In this document: positions 12,595 to 27,300 of the stretch, one piece after another
Layout of the letters: each line of letters starts with the position of its first letter
Numbering within the stretch: position 1 is the stretch's first letter
Made by a program: the position numbers and the translations under genes
DNA from: Lingula anatina
Lineage: Eukaryota > Animalia > Brachiopoda
Reading direction: 5' to 3'
DNA length: 64,000 nt
NCBI GenBank assembly: GCA_051362555.1
Contig: CM120640.1
Location: 3,534,001 to 3,598,000, forward strand
The notes under the pieces: model-generated
Database searches by the model: none
The model's input: the letters and a program-made list of their open reading frames with translations, nothing else
Told to the model about the DNA's origin: nothing

Positions 12595-15500
12595 TTATTC
12601 CAAAACCCAATAGTCTTGGAGTCTGTGTTCTTTGCTCCCCAGCAGACCATTAGGGGCCTCAAATGTCACAGGTACTTCCTTGATCTTTTTCTTCATTTCT
12701 TTTTCTATCATCTAAAATATCAGAAATTATACATATAAACAGAAGTTTTGAAAGCTGTTTCAGAGAAATATGTAGATGTAAATCGGTTAACTATTAACTC
12801 AGTAAGCAAGGTGGTATTCTATTGCCAAGGCCAAGTTACATAATTCCTACACAAAAACCTACCTGATCAGTTGTTAGATCAAGGACATCAGCCAGTGGAA
12901 ATTCCAGTTTAGGAAATGGCTGCTCAATTTTTCTTGCCCACATTGCTACCTCATGGTGATAATGATTCTGTAGTGTCTGGAACAAAAAAATTCAACATCT
13001 CATCTATCAAAATATACTTTTAACTTAAGTTATCATAAAATGTACTTAAAAAAAATAAAGTTGCCTTAGCATATTTGATCAGAGGTCATTTTAGACAAAA
13101 GAAAAAATGCAACTAACTGTTGCTTTACAATAAAGATTCCATCAACCCTCATGCTCCACTGAAACCTCTCATTTTGAAAAAAAAAAAAAAAAAAAAAAAA
13201 CATACCTTTATTTCCCATAGAGAACTTTCTAGAGCATCACATTTTGCAGGGTCTGTCTCTTCCTGAATATAAGGGTCCTCTGTAAATTCTGGAAAATACA
13301 CAATTGAAGTTATACCTCTTATTCACATTAATATCACAGTGATTTAAGTCCAACGTAATGTAAAGCTGACTCTACAAAACTACCAAAATAATTATACTTA
13401 ATATCTTGAGGAAATAATTCACAATATCCTTTTTATGCAGAATTTAAGTTCAATAAGTGTACATTTTCAAGTAAAATAATTTCACCTTTTGTGGTGTCAG
13501 GTCTGTGTATGAGAACTCTGCAGCTTGGGTGGCGTATAAGGAGGTTGTAGATGAATGGAAGAATGATTAACAAGCCACAAGGGGGCACTGTGAGGGCAAG
13601 ACGAGACAGTCTCTTGGCAAAAGCTGCAACTAGATAGGCTGGAAGATGTCTGAAAGAAGTGAAGAATCCGTAAACGTACATATAATGCTTCTGATCAATA
13701 TAGGAGAGTAAGCAATTATCCATTTAATAACAGATTTACTTAATATTTTTTTCCAACCTAACAAGTGGTAAAACATTTCAGGTAAAATTTGAAAGGAGGA
13801 ATAAATTGCAGTTATAGACACTGTTCTCAAACAGCTATATGTAAAAAACCAGCAATCAAATAATGGAAACTACTGAAGTATAACTTACGTAGATGTGAGA
13901 AAAAGGTCAGCAAGGTGAAAGAATCTCGCCCTGTATTTCACGTGGAAGACATTGGGCTCAAACAGTGCATACAGCTTCTTGTAGAAGTCTGGGTAGTCTC
14001 TGGAAAATTTCAACAAACTTCAATTGCAAAACTACTATGATATATGTACATTAAATTGTTCTTTAATATTAAAGATTTTCTTTTACATTTCACCAATGAA
14101 AATGGAAATAAAGACCAATTTTCCACTTTCAGATTATTGTTGAATAGCAATGATATCAGGTTCAAATACTTACAAGTTGTACGTGTGGATAAGCATAAAT
14201 AATCCATTGAGTGCTAAAAGGCTGACAGCACCACCTGTAAACCAAAGTGTACAAAATGATAATACTAAGAAAAGCTGCAATTCAACATATTGATCAAATA
14301 AACCAGCACTTTTTAAAAAATATACATAATCAATGTGGATATCATTGAAAAAGTGCCTCGACTAAGATATATAAATTTAATATTGTAAAAAAAGAGTATA
14401 ATACATTAGAAAAAGGTAATACCAAACAGTTATAGCCCGAGAAACATGTTTTTACAAAAATAAATCTTGACTAAAGATGACAGTTTTGAGAATAGAAACA
14501 TTGTTGAGCTCTATGTCTGACCATCTCTCCAGATCCAACACTCCAATCCAACACTAATATAGTTGCCATAATAGAAAGAGTTCACATACCAATATTATAC
14601 GACTCTGTAAGAAAGTCACTGAGAAGAAGAGGACTGGTCATATAAGGCATCACTTTGTCATGGAGTATAACAAGCACCTTTTTGTAAAGACTGGTTGGCA
14701 ACTGAAAAAATAATAAACACTGATTTGATGAAGATCAAACAGGCAGATATTCAAAGAGAAGGTACCAATTAAATCTAAAATGATCACAATTACAGGGTCT
14801 TGTTATTTATTTACTCATTATCAAATGTTAACTCAATATCATATGAGGTTTTTTAAAAATTTAATAACCTTTAAAATGTACGCAATATTCAAACGCCTCA
14901 CCCTTTTTCTCAAAAATTCAAGCCATAAACTGGTAAAAAGTTTTTTCTGGTCTCTCAGTGTATTGATTTTTAAACTAGCATTTGTATCTGAAATGTATGA
15001 TTGTCATATAAATATAAACAGGTCACTTTCTCCTTAGCATCACAGAAAAACTTTACCTAAACTTATTTTAGAACTTAACATTTCACAGATTATTTCAAAT
15101 TTAAATTTCTTTAAATCAAAAATGATTGTTAACAGTTATTCTTTTACCTGGCATTTTAGTCATAAAATTCATTAACTTTTCTTCATCTGTAGCTGGTAGT
15201 GACAACTGCTCTAAAAGTGCATATACATTTCCATAATAAATATCTAACTGCTCCTGGAAAATAAGTAAGTTAAATGTTAAAGTACATTTTGTAAGTCTTT
15301 TATACAGCAAGAAATTTGAGCGAAACCTTCCCACATGAGACAAAATATCCCTTTTAAAAGGATTGAGTTCTACAGCTTTTTTAAATCTTTAAAGGGGTAA
15401 TATGCCATAGTTATTTTTCTCTCAAAAACAAAGTTCCACTTCATAAAACTTTTTAAATTTCTTCATAAGATGAAAAAAGTAAAAACACAACGCTTTTTCA

Positions 15501-17518
15501 CATGGAGTGTTATGTCTGAGTGATACAGATGATCTGTGTGTTTTGAGAGGTTCTATCATATAATTATGCTTCAGGGGACTTTTAAGTACTCCCTTTCACA
15601 AGTTCCCCACAAGTTCACATAGATAGTAATTAATTGAGGATGGGGACTTTTTTTAAGATGTGTATCTTAAAATTATTGTCAGGCTTTTAAGTTTTTAATC
15701 TCTAAAAACATACCAGTGCAGCTGTATTGCTACGATATTATGTTAGAATGTGGAATATTTTTCAACTCAAGAAAGTGACAAAAACGGGTTTAGAGAAGAG
15801 GAAAGTTGTTAGAGAGAGTAATAAATGCCCTGGAAAGGCTGCCACATGGTTTTTGATAGCTTTTTAATACAGGTATTCTCACATGGTTGGGTTTTTCTTT
15901 CAGCACTTTATGGGCTATCTTCATTGCATAATATCTAACGTCATCATATTCCAGGAATTCTTGAAAACGCACAATGAGAGGTCTTAGTTCTATTTCTTCT
16001 GATAAGAGTGTCAGTAGCAGTTTCTGAAATATCAAAAATATTGACATGTAATGATATTCATAGGCAAGATATTCATATTCAAGAGCTCCTTGCTTTTTTG
16101 TGCATAAATAAGAAGAGAATTGTTTTGATCAAAAAAAGTTGTTAAAACAAAATGAGCAGAATAAACCTAAATAATAATACATTTCATTAAATTTTAAAAC
16201 ATTTTTCAAATCAAATATTTTGCAATCAATTTGATATGTAAGCTGGGTAACTGTGTGTAGTTGTCATTAACTGACCTCAAATAGTACTGCTGGAAATGCC
16301 AGATGTTTTTCTGATAATTTTCTGAGTGGATTTTGTCCTTCTGCTGCCACAAACTTCATCAATGTGCATAAAGCCAACTCCTGTAACAGTTAATAAATAT
16401 GCTGCATAAATCTTTATAGTGTACCACAAGAAAATATTTCACATATTTAAAATAATGCCAACAGTTAATGATTTTCATTTCTATACTCTACTTTGTACAA
16501 AGGAAATTTCTCATTGTTCATTCATGCTACAATTTGTTTCCTGTTGTATAATTCATACATACCTGTACTGTGCTGAGTTGGTGAGTTATTAGCTCTAGCA
16601 TCCTTTGGCTCACATCAGAGTAGCGTTCTCTTAGCCAACATCTGTACTGCTCTTCTGAGCTAAGATCTAATTGTCAAAATGGTTAAAATTATCTTATTTC
16701 TTTCATCCATATCCATTGGCTGTTATTATATTAATGAACCATTAAATGAGATGTTATCTTTGTATCTATATTCTAAATCTCAATATAAGCACACAAAAAT
16801 AATTTTTAAAAATTAATTTAAGTTGAATTTTTTTACCTTCATAATCTGAAAAAAAAAAGTTAACATTCTTACCTTCAAGATCATCTTTTGTGGTAGGTAT
16901 TCTTTCTAAATACATAGAACCATGAGTAATTAAGTTGGAAAATATGTTATAAAATGCCCTTATACAGGCCAAAATCACCTCTTCTTCTTCAGACTGGAAA
17001 TATAAATAAAAGCCAATTACTGAACTGAAAATAAAAATACAATTTATAATTGGATGAAAACAGAAAGGCAATATTGACCAATTAATATATCTGAGATAAA
17101 AGGGTTACAAATACATTTACCAGTATATCAGAAATTAAGTTTGTTGGCAAAAAGTGACAGCTAGGGGCTTTCCTGAATTCTTTTGAACCTGACCAAGTAC
17201 TAATCTGAATTCACATAAAATTATTTGTTTTGGATACGAGTCCTTAACTACCTTAAAAAATCATTCTTCTTCAATAGTCTATTATCTACTACTACTACTA
17301 CTGGCAATGCAACCTGCACTAGTGCAAGGGAAGTATGGGACTATCACACGCCTCCCTTTAGAAGATCTGTCAAATATACAAACCTCAGACAATGATATTA
17401 TGTCCACTAGACAGTTAGCATTCTTCCTGTCACATAAAAACTCTTTTGTTTTAGACTTAATGCTTTTAATTTCGTTCTTATTTGAGAACTTCACGTCCTT
17501 CCTCGTGTTTGACGGCAT
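12595..17518 (-). CDS. NOC4L: Nucleolar complex protein 4 homolog (CBF/Mak21 domain; SSU processome), multi-exon
   Basis: Minus-strand exons from ATG 17518 (MPSNTRKDVK...RKNANCLVDII) include RFQEFLEYDDVRYY, LPTSLYKKVLVILHDKVMPYMTSPLLLSDFLTESYNIGGAVSLLALNGLFML, DYPDFYKKLYALF, HLPAYLVAAFAKRLSRLAL and DPAKCDALESSLWEIK. Stop TAA at 12595-12597. Confidence 0.93.
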
Positions 17519-18070
17519 GGTTTAATGATGTCATCCAATCAAAACATTTCTTTCATTTTATCTAGGGCAATTCTGTATTACAAGAACGAGGCTCATGTAT
17601 GCACGCATGCGTGTTTCTTCTTAATGACGAGAGCGCCATTTGCACTGACGAAGAGAAGAATTTTTGACCCAGATACAGGAAAATGAAAAACTGAAAATTA
17701 AGGAGTAAAATTTCAGAGGTCATTATCTGACTGCGTCAAAATGTCGAGATAATTAATCGTTCTTGCAGGATTGAGGGTTTTCGACCACGGATGGGTCACT
17801 CTGCCAAGTGAAATTTGTGACTGAAATTTTGGTAAGTCATTTCCAGGTGGGTAATTGCAAGATGGCGGGTTTCACTGATTTGGCGGTAGAGCTGCATGGT
17901 GACTTTTCGTCATATATAATAATAAAACATCTAATACAAATTCTTGACAAATTATCTTGATTGCATAGTTGCATTTGGGTAGTTAAATCTATAAGTGACA
18001 ATTGTCATTCTTCGATCGCGACGAGTGCCGGTAGTTTCCCCTTTGTGTCCGGAAGCGGGGTATTTGAAAT
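17519..18070. promoter_or_regulatory. Probable bidirectional promoter between NOC4L (-) and domino (+), with the first non-coding domino exon
   Basis: CpG-rich patch with NRF1-like TGCACGCATGCG (about 17600), donor TTG|GTAAGT at 17832, YY1 consensus CAAGATGGCGG (about 17858-17868) and ETS-like CCGGAAG (about 18049). Confidence 0.55.
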
Positions 18071-18307
18071 AAAGGTCAAATCGACGACGCAAGCCTCTTA
18101 TGCATGTCTGATCGCCAGTTGTTTAACTTCATTAGTAACTTCCTTAGATTTCGTATACTTTGCATGCATTTTTGACAATTTCAGTAAATGCAACCTATCA
18201 GTAACTCAATCAATTTTGTAAAATGCAAAATTGTTCTCACAATTCTATAGCAAAATTGTTCCTCTTTATGAAGATGATCCATATTTCAGCTTTGATGCAG
18301 ACAAGCC

Positions 18308-21300
18308 ATGCAGAGAGGCCCAGCTCCTAACCAACAACCACCATCCACAGGTGTTCCCAATGCAGGATCACAGCAGCAGTTGCCAACACCAGGCATACAG
18401 CAGGCGCAGCAACAACATGTGGGCAGGGGAGCAGGAGTGGGTGGGTAGCTGAAACAGTTTTGATCTCTTTACACTTTACTTAAGAAGTCTTTTAGGATTA
18501 GAAAGAAAAAATATTGCAACTAGATGTTTTGATGCAAATATTTTAAGACTGTTAAGATACAAAAGTCTGATTTTTGCTTCAAGTTTTCTTTAATGATCCC
18601 CAGCCCCCTTTCCATAAAACAACTGAACTATTTCTCCATTTTTTAAACCCAAAATTATATCTGAATTATAACAACTATTTATTAATGTTTACACCCTATT
18701 TTTACAGTCCAGCACCAAGCAGTTCGACCAGGAACAGCCCAGTCCACACCGTTTCCAAACTTGTTGCAAGGTATGTACTTCATGTAGCTAATCTAGTATA
18801 TATATATTGTACTAATTTATCTGATCTTTGAACTGATACATACCCAAGCGCACAGCATATAAAATGAATTGGAATTACTATTCATAGTAATTGTCATGAG
18901 TGATATTTGATTTTTTATTTGTCAGAGCAGTCAGTGTGTTTTTCTTTTTTTTCAAGCAATGTCTGGTTTGTCTGCTGTCAACTCTGCCCAGCAGCCAGGG
19001 ATAGCTCAGACAGGTCAACTGGTATACCAGCGTCCACCTGCCTACACAACCCCTGTCCCTGCAGCTCAACATCTAGGTCAAAGCCCTGCTGGGGTGGGGA
19101 CAAACCCTACCCTAGTCAATCCTCAGCCAATACAAACTATATCAACCCAGTCTCAACAAAGGACTAGTGTTGGTACGAATGGAAACTCCGCCTTCCTATT
19201 GCCAGGTATAACATCGTTGGAAGACGCCAATTTGACAGTGGCGGAACAGAGATCCAGCATGGATAGCCCAGTGCCTAGGAAGAAGATCAAACTAGAGGAG
19301 CAGCCTCCTGCTACAGAGGAGATTGGTCTGTTAAGGAAACAGATATGTGACACAATGTTAACAGACATGAAGAAAATCAAGGATATTTACACTGAGAATC
19401 TAACAGAGCTGTTTTTTCTGCAAAGTGGAGGGAATTATGTAGACTTTCATGCTTGGCTTAAGAAGCCATCACCACAGCTGACATATTTCCTGAATTCTGA
19501 CAAACTGGACAGTGATGATGAGGAAAATAAAGAGGTAGGCTTGCTCTAATACATCACTTTGTAGAAAAAGACATTGTACAAGTACATCGAATTAAAATGC
19601 AACCAGTATTGTGTAAAAGTTCTGTAATTATGTGTTTGATATTGGAACTTACTGATGTAATTTAGGAGTGATTTGTAAACATTGATTATCATTTTCAGAC
19701 CAAGTTACCCTCTGCTCCTGGTGGCCTTTCCTTGTCCAACTTGGTACCTTTTCCTGCCCAACCAGGTAAGTGCAGGCATTATTAGCAAATCAAGAAAGGC
19801 ATTTTGTTCCTCATCTGTTTATGAAAATATTTGGAAACCACCTAACATACTTAGGAATTGCTGTTACATCTTGCTCCAAGGGATGTGTTAATAGTAATGT
19901 AGTTCTGAATAAAGCAATATGCACTCTAAATATATTATTAAAAGTCTTAGAACTTGTTGAGTTCTGATACATGTAGATCCATAGCTATTGTTCTGTACAT
20001 CATTCTCCAGATCTACTCCCTAGACTTACAGGTTCTTTTCTCTGTTTCAGTTAAACCAGAACCTCTACAGCCACCTGCTGCTCAGCTAGGTAGTACAGTG
20101 CCCTCTATAGTACAGCAAGCTCCTGCCCTTGCAAAAGCCATGACAGAAAATATTGGTATATCTAACATAAAAACTGGAACTAGTGGAGCTGGGTAAGGGG
20201 ATAATTAAGATGATTTATCTTATCAGATATAAGTCTCCCCTACTAAGACTGATCCTGTGGTTGTTTGGTCCTTATTGTAAAAAAAAACCAAACGAGAATT
20301 GTACTTGCATATTAAATATATCATAGCTTTTATAAATTTTTAGTAACCGAAACAAGCAGAACATGGAATTAAATGAGAAAATTGAAAAAAAAAAAAAGAA
20401 ATCGATTTCCTTATTTTGTGTTCTTCTTTCTAGCACTCCATCTGTTCAAACCCCAAAACCTCCGAAGACTCCATTATCACCGACCAGGCTAGCAACACGG
20501 CAGCATTCTATATCTGCAGTGTATGATAGCACCATAGGATCTCAAGAAGCGATAGTGGAAAGAGCTAAACAGGTCAGTTGTTAAGCATGTGACTGGTCTC
20601 TAATTGTGGAAGTGTTGAGCTTGATGCCATCAACTCATTCTGGGCTGGCATTCCTCTGGTGCTTGTTCAATTACATGGTGGCAAGATAACTGCAGGTCTG
20701 CTTCCAGACCTAATATTTTACAATTAGATCTGGCAATGGACCATGCTACATAGCAATTTAAGCAACTTAAAGGAAGTTTATTTCTTATTTTATTACAAAG
20801 CAACTCTGCCCCTCATGTCGCAATTTCTGTTGTCTAGGAAGCCCAGGTAATGCAGAGGATAGCTGACCTCAGAAAGGAGGGCCTGTGGTCCTCTAAGAGG
20901 CTGCCCAAGGTTCAGGAAATGCCAAGGAACAAGGCTCACTGGGACTACCTCTTGGAAGAAATGCAGTGGCTTGCTGCAGACTTTGCTCAGGAAAGGAAAT
21001 GGAAGAAAGCTGCATGTAGAAAGGTAAGGCTGTGGCAAAGTTTACTTTAAGACAAAAGTTTGCTTGAATGTGTGCAAATTTAATTTGTCTAATAAATGGA
21101 AAGAACACCTGTAATTGAGTCAGGGTGTCATTAAGGTTTTATTTTGTTTCTTGTATCTTATAGATAGCAAGCATGGTGTCTCGGTATCACAAAGAACAAG
21201 AACTTAAAGCTCAGAAGGCGGAGAAAGAGGAATCTCTAAGACTGGTCAGAATAGCCAACTCCCTTGCTAAACAAGTAAAGGAATTCTGGGCTAATATAGA

Positions 21301-24300
21301 AAAGGTAAGGGTACAAAATGAGATCATTTAAATGACCTTTTGTCTGTTTCAAAGTAGGTGAATAATCAAATCTAACCATGTAAATTTTTCTTTGACACAC
21401 TGTAAATGATTCAATAAAAGATTAAATACGTAATTTTTTCTAAAATTCAGGTTGTGCAATACAAACAGACAAGCCGATTAGAAGAAAAAAGGAAGAAGGC
21501 TCTAGATCTTCACCTCAATTTCATAGTAGATCAAACAGAGAAATACTCGTCCTGGTTGAGCCAGGGTCTGACAACTAAGAGCACTACCTCTTCAGTACAA
21601 GGTTCTATTGTGTCTAGTCCTGAACACTCACAGGATGGTGAGTATTTGAACTGCTATACTTTATATATCTGTATGGTGGCCACCTCCGCTTTGAATTTTG
21701 ACTTTGTGTTATTATTCACTGTAAGTGTGGCCAGAGTGAGTGCATGGTAATTTTTCCTTGCTAATCCTTAACACTGGATAGTATGGCAGATGGCCTTGCA
21801 ACAATTGCTAGCAAGATGGTAGTATTTGAAGTTAACTGTGATGAGGATGTTTAAGTAGCATGACATTCAACCAGAAAATAATTTCATTTTATGGTCTGTC
21901 AAATGTAGGGTTTTTAGTTTTGTGTGTGATTTGCCTTCATCAGTAGTGTGTGCAAGTATTACCTTAATGTAAACTGTTTCAGATGATGACTTCCAGCCAG
22001 ATAAGGATGAAAGTGATGATGAAGAGACAATAGAGCAGGCAGAGGCAGAAGGCATGGATGATGTAAGTTGGTGTTTTATGGTATTGTGGGATAATTGCAG
22101 GGTGCAGATTAAGCACTCACCAACTGATCTATACCTGTGCATTTTTGTTATGGGAGCATATTTCAATTCTTTTTGCTGAGGGTTTTATTCTTTCTTGAAA
22201 CAGTGATAAGAACCATCATTTCAATGTCCAACATTGAGGAGTGGAAAAATTGCACTGCACACTGAAATGAGAGTTACATAAGGGGCATCTTTTTCTATTT
22301 GCATGGACAGCATCGACACTTAATAAATGTGAAATAAATGTCACATTTTCTCACAAAAACAAAGTAAACATCCAATACTTAACCAAATGTGTGTTATATT
22401 TAGGAGAGCACCCAGCAGGAGATAGAAGCCTTACAGAAGGAGAGTGAGCTGCCCATAGAAGACCTGATTAAGACCCTGCACCCAGAGTACCTGGAGACAC
22501 CTGCAGGGAGCAGCACAATGGGCAGTGATGTGGAGGCAGATGATGAGGGGGCAGACGAGGAGTTCAAATCTGCCGAGGAGGATGAGGTTGATGATGAGGA
22601 TACCATTGAGGAGCAAGAGAAGGCTGAAAAGAAGGATTATAAAGGGGAGCTGCAGGATTTGAAGGATGAAGGTAATGATTACTACTTTCGTGTTGCAGGC
22701 GTCTAACATCTGTATAGTAGAAAATGGTGTGATGGAAAATCTGTATGTTGTGAATGTTGAATTTTTACACACAATTGATCATGTAAGTGGTTCTTAGATT
22801 CTTGTTTATTTTATCTGTAGGTGAGATGAGCATTGAGGAACTGGCCAAGAAATATGCAGGTGCCTATGACAGTGATTTTGAGATGCCTGAGTCCAGTGAT
22901 GAAGGAGAGACCTCAACAGAAGAAGAAAGTGGTAGGTCATGTTGAGCTTTAATGCTGAAAAAGTTTTAGTAAAATGCTGGAGATGGACAGGTTTAAGGGT
23001 TCCAATGACAAGCATTTAGTCTTAAGTCATAACATTTTGTTAATCAGTGGGCATGATAAATAAAACACATGAATTAATGTAAAAATTGTTATTTTAAAAT
23101 TAAAGAATCTACAGAAGAAGAGGAAGCCTCTGATGCATCAGAAGAATTAGAAGATGTGGGCATGGAATATCTCATTCACCCAGAGAACAAACCAGAGGAT
23201 ATACAGGTTAGTATCACTGACTTAAGTTTCCCCAGGCTCACACCATTGTGGATTATCACTATATTCATGAATGGAAACATTTTACTGGGGTAAAGAAAGC
23301 CAGTCCCTTTTAAAAACTCTCAGGATTGGCTGTAAACCCAACTTGAGACCCTGTCGAAGGGAACATCTATTTTCACTAGTTCAAATTCAGTACAATCAGT
23401 TTTGTTTGTTTCATTCTTTTAATTTGTAAAACAAACAACATTTAGTGTTTTGATGCATTTATAAGTCAACTATTATTCATTACACTGGGCATAGGCTAAA
23501 ACTTAATTGAACGACTATGGAACTACAATCATTATTACATATATGATGGATTTGTGAAATCTGCCCATAGTGTAAAAAAGGGCTTTCCTTGTGAAAGGTG
23601 TTCAGTAATGATTGTTTATGTGTCATAGGCTGGTGGTGATTCCACTGAAACTAAAGGTCCTGGCAAAGAAATCACAGATATAGCTGCTGCAGCACAGAGT
23701 CTACAGCCCACAGGGTATACACTGGAGACAACACAGGTGAGTACTGCTCTCCACATACACTCTTCATGTAATTGATAACCCGATTTAAAGTTTTCTAATA
23801 GTAGTAACTCTTTGTTGAGGTCAGTCGTCACTTCTGCACTCCCTAATGTGCTGAAGATGTGCTATCTCTAGTGCCTCAAAGAGAAACCCTGCCATATTGC
23901 TCTGAAAGTATTTACATTGCAGTACTTTCAAATCTCAAGGCAGGTACAGATTTCCACATAGTGAGTATTGCTAAATGTGGTCCTGTTGTTCATCCTCCAG
24001 GTGAAAGTCCCTGTTCCATTCCTGCTGAAGCACAGCCTGCGTGAGTATCAGTACGTGGGTCTGGACTGGCTGGCTACAATGTATGAGAAAAAACTAAATG
24101 GAATCCTGGCAGATGAGATGGGACTTGGAAAGACCATTCAAACTATAGCATTATTGGCTCACCTGGCCTGTGAAAAAGGCAAGTTGTCTTCACAAAATTT
24201 GATGTCAGATAGTTGTAAAAAAGGTTAAATAATTGTTGAAATCCACTTAGATATTTGGTATTGAGACATAGAGTCACTTTCTTGTTTAGCCAGTAGCATG

Positions 24301-27300
24301 GTTAGTGCTAAATGTCTCATACATAAAAGACATTTTGATGTTATGCCCTGAACAAGTGAACTGGTTTTGTTCAGGTACCTTGTCAAGAACATTCAAAATT
24401 TTATATACTTGGGAGACCGAAACCCTGTTGATGACATGATCATAATGGTGAGAAATGTGATATTTTAGGTGTGTGGGGTCCTCACTTGATTGTGGTACCT
24501 ACAAGTGTAATGTTGAATTGGGAGATGGAGCTCAAGAAGTGGTGCCCTGCTTTTAAAATCCTTACATACTATGGGAATCAGAAAGAGAGAAAACAGAAAA
24601 GACAGGTAAAGTCATCTGCTGTTTTTAAAACTGTCAGTGTTTTGTTTTCTTAGTTGCTAGCATTTCATATTTTGTGGAGGCTCTTGAAGGTCTTGTCATG
24701 ATCATCTCTACTTTTCATAGTTGATTGCTTAAGACCCGAACTTGGTAACTTAAAGCTGATAATAAATAGACTCTCTTCCAGCAGAAAAAATTTGACTATA
24801 AAGTTATAAGTGTAGTGATATTCTGAATTTTACTTTAGGGTTGGACCAAAACCAATGCTTTCCATGTATGCATTACTTCTTATAAACTTGTGATACAAGA
24901 CCACCAGGCATTCAGGCGGAAGAAGTGGAAATATTTCATTCTTGATGAGGTGAGGGATTTGCATTTTCCTTAGTTATTGGGAGGTGGTCATCTTGTTGCT
25001 ATGATGAACTTTTTATTGCTTACCAAATATGACTTCTTATGATTTCGACTCACAGCGCTCTGAGCAACAATTACAGAAATATTTAAAAACTAACAAGATG
25101 TTAAGCCATAAAGAAGACAGTTTTGGGGCATGCTGAAGTCTTTCTGTTTTACTTTTTCCAGGCACAAAATATTAAAAATTTCAAGTCTCAGAGATGGCAA
25201 ACCCTCCTGAACTTCTCCAGCCAGCGGAGGTTGCTCCTGACAGGTACTCCCCTCCAGAACAACCTGATGGAACTGTGGTCCCTTATGCACTTCCTGATGC
25301 CCCATGTGTTTCAGTCTCACAGGGAGTTCAAGGAGTGGTTTGCCAATCCACTGTCAGGGATGATTGAGGGAAGTCAGGAGTACAATGAGAATCTCATCAG
25401 GCGATTACACAAGGTAAATGACTAGCTTGAGTGCTTTTAGTGCCTTCTTTTTTGTTTCATTTGCTTGGAAAATGCAAGAAGGTTACAACACTTTTCTATG
25501 CTTTATTCTTGTAATTGTGCTTATTGTTTACATAAAGAAGTCATCACATTCTGCACTAATCAATGTTCCTGCAATATGATCCGCATGAGGCATAATCACT
25601 AGAATGCTATTTCCCCATGAGCATTGTAGATCAAGGGTCTCGTATAGCAAGTCTGGTCTGCACTGTGCGCTTGCTGCTATTATCTTGAGCTTAAGTGCAT
25701 GAACAGAGACAACTGCATACTGTAATTGCATGATTTGAGGCTTATACTGACTGGAGTGCTTTGCTTACAATGAGCATTTTGGATCAAGAGTCTCAGACAG
25801 AAAATCTGAGCATGCAGCAATAGTTTATATATTTACTGAAGCTGTGTTGCATGAACAGACACATTTTCATAATTCTCAAAAAAGGATAGAAAGTGAATAG
25901 GTTGGTGGGTGTGGGTTTTAATACATGTTGGTTGTTTTAGGTGCTTCGTCCATTTTTACTGAGGAGGTTAAAGGCAGATGTGGAGAAACAGATGCCAAAG
26001 AAGTATGAACATGTCGTGATGTGTCGCCTGTCCAAACGCCAGAGGTTTCTGTATGACGACTTCATGGCCCAGGCAAAGTATGCTTACAATTATTATGGTT
26101 TATGTATAGCCCATAGTAATTTTTTCCCCATAGTATACTGCTATTTTCATGTTTAAAACCTTAGGTTATTGTATAGATTCAAGTCCGTGTTCAAACCAAA
26201 TTGAAACTTAAAATATTTACATTCCAGGACAAAAGAGATGCTGGCATCTGGGCATTTCATGAGTGTCATCAACATTCTCATGCAACTCAGGAAAGTGTGC
26301 AACCATCCCAATTTGTTTGATCCACGTCCTATCATGTCGCCATTCCAAACTGAGGGCATCACGTACCAGACAGCTTCAGCTGTGCTTAGGGCTCTGGACT
26401 ATGATCCATTCAAGGTGAGGATGGGAGAATAGATCTTGTGTGTTGAGGCATAGAGTCACTGGTATGTTTACCTCATAACATAGGTAGTGCTATTTGCCTC
26501 GTACAGTAAAAGTCTGATCTTTATGCCCTGGGCAAATGTTGGTTTTGCACAGATACCTGGTCAGAAACATGTCATTGATTTTTAGGGAAACTAGATATAG
26601 ACTAGATATATAGTTGACGCCAGGTCCACTGTAATGCTTCTATATCACAAACCTATATTTTACAATTCTTCATATTTCAGCATGTAAACCTGCAGGCTCT
26701 CAGTCCAAGTCTTGCTACCCTGGAGCTGTCTCTGCCTGCCTATGCAGCCCACAGAGTGAAGAAGCTACAGACTCCTAAACCTCTCATAGTGGAAATTGAC
26801 AGTCAACCGGAGCCAGTGCCCAGACCAAAGCCTTTCAAACTGAAAGACTTTGTGCTCAGGAGTGCATCGCCTAGTGTTCAGGTAAGCTGCCTTGAATTGT
26901 TCTCGAAATCTTAAGTTATTAATCCTGGTAATGGTGCAGGGTTAAATAAAGAAGGTGAGGAATGCGATTTTGGAAAATTTAATGCACTGAAGAAAATTAT
27001 ATTATCAAACTTGTTAGTTAGATTTGGTATTCTAATGAGACACAAAATCACCAGTTAGTCTTGATGTGGCTTAATGGATTGAGTTGTCTCGGACAACAAG
27101 TCTGCTCCCAATCACCTGATTGTTTCATAATAAAATTCTCAGGTATGGAAACAGATACAGGTGTAATTAGAGCTCACACAGGACTGGGGAGGTTTCTTTA
27201 AGAGGAACAGAGTCCTGGTTGATGGATTTGAATAGTCTCTTCATTATCCACATCTCTCATTCTAGAGTGGTCGCCTGTCTCCATTTGCGCCTATCCAGCA

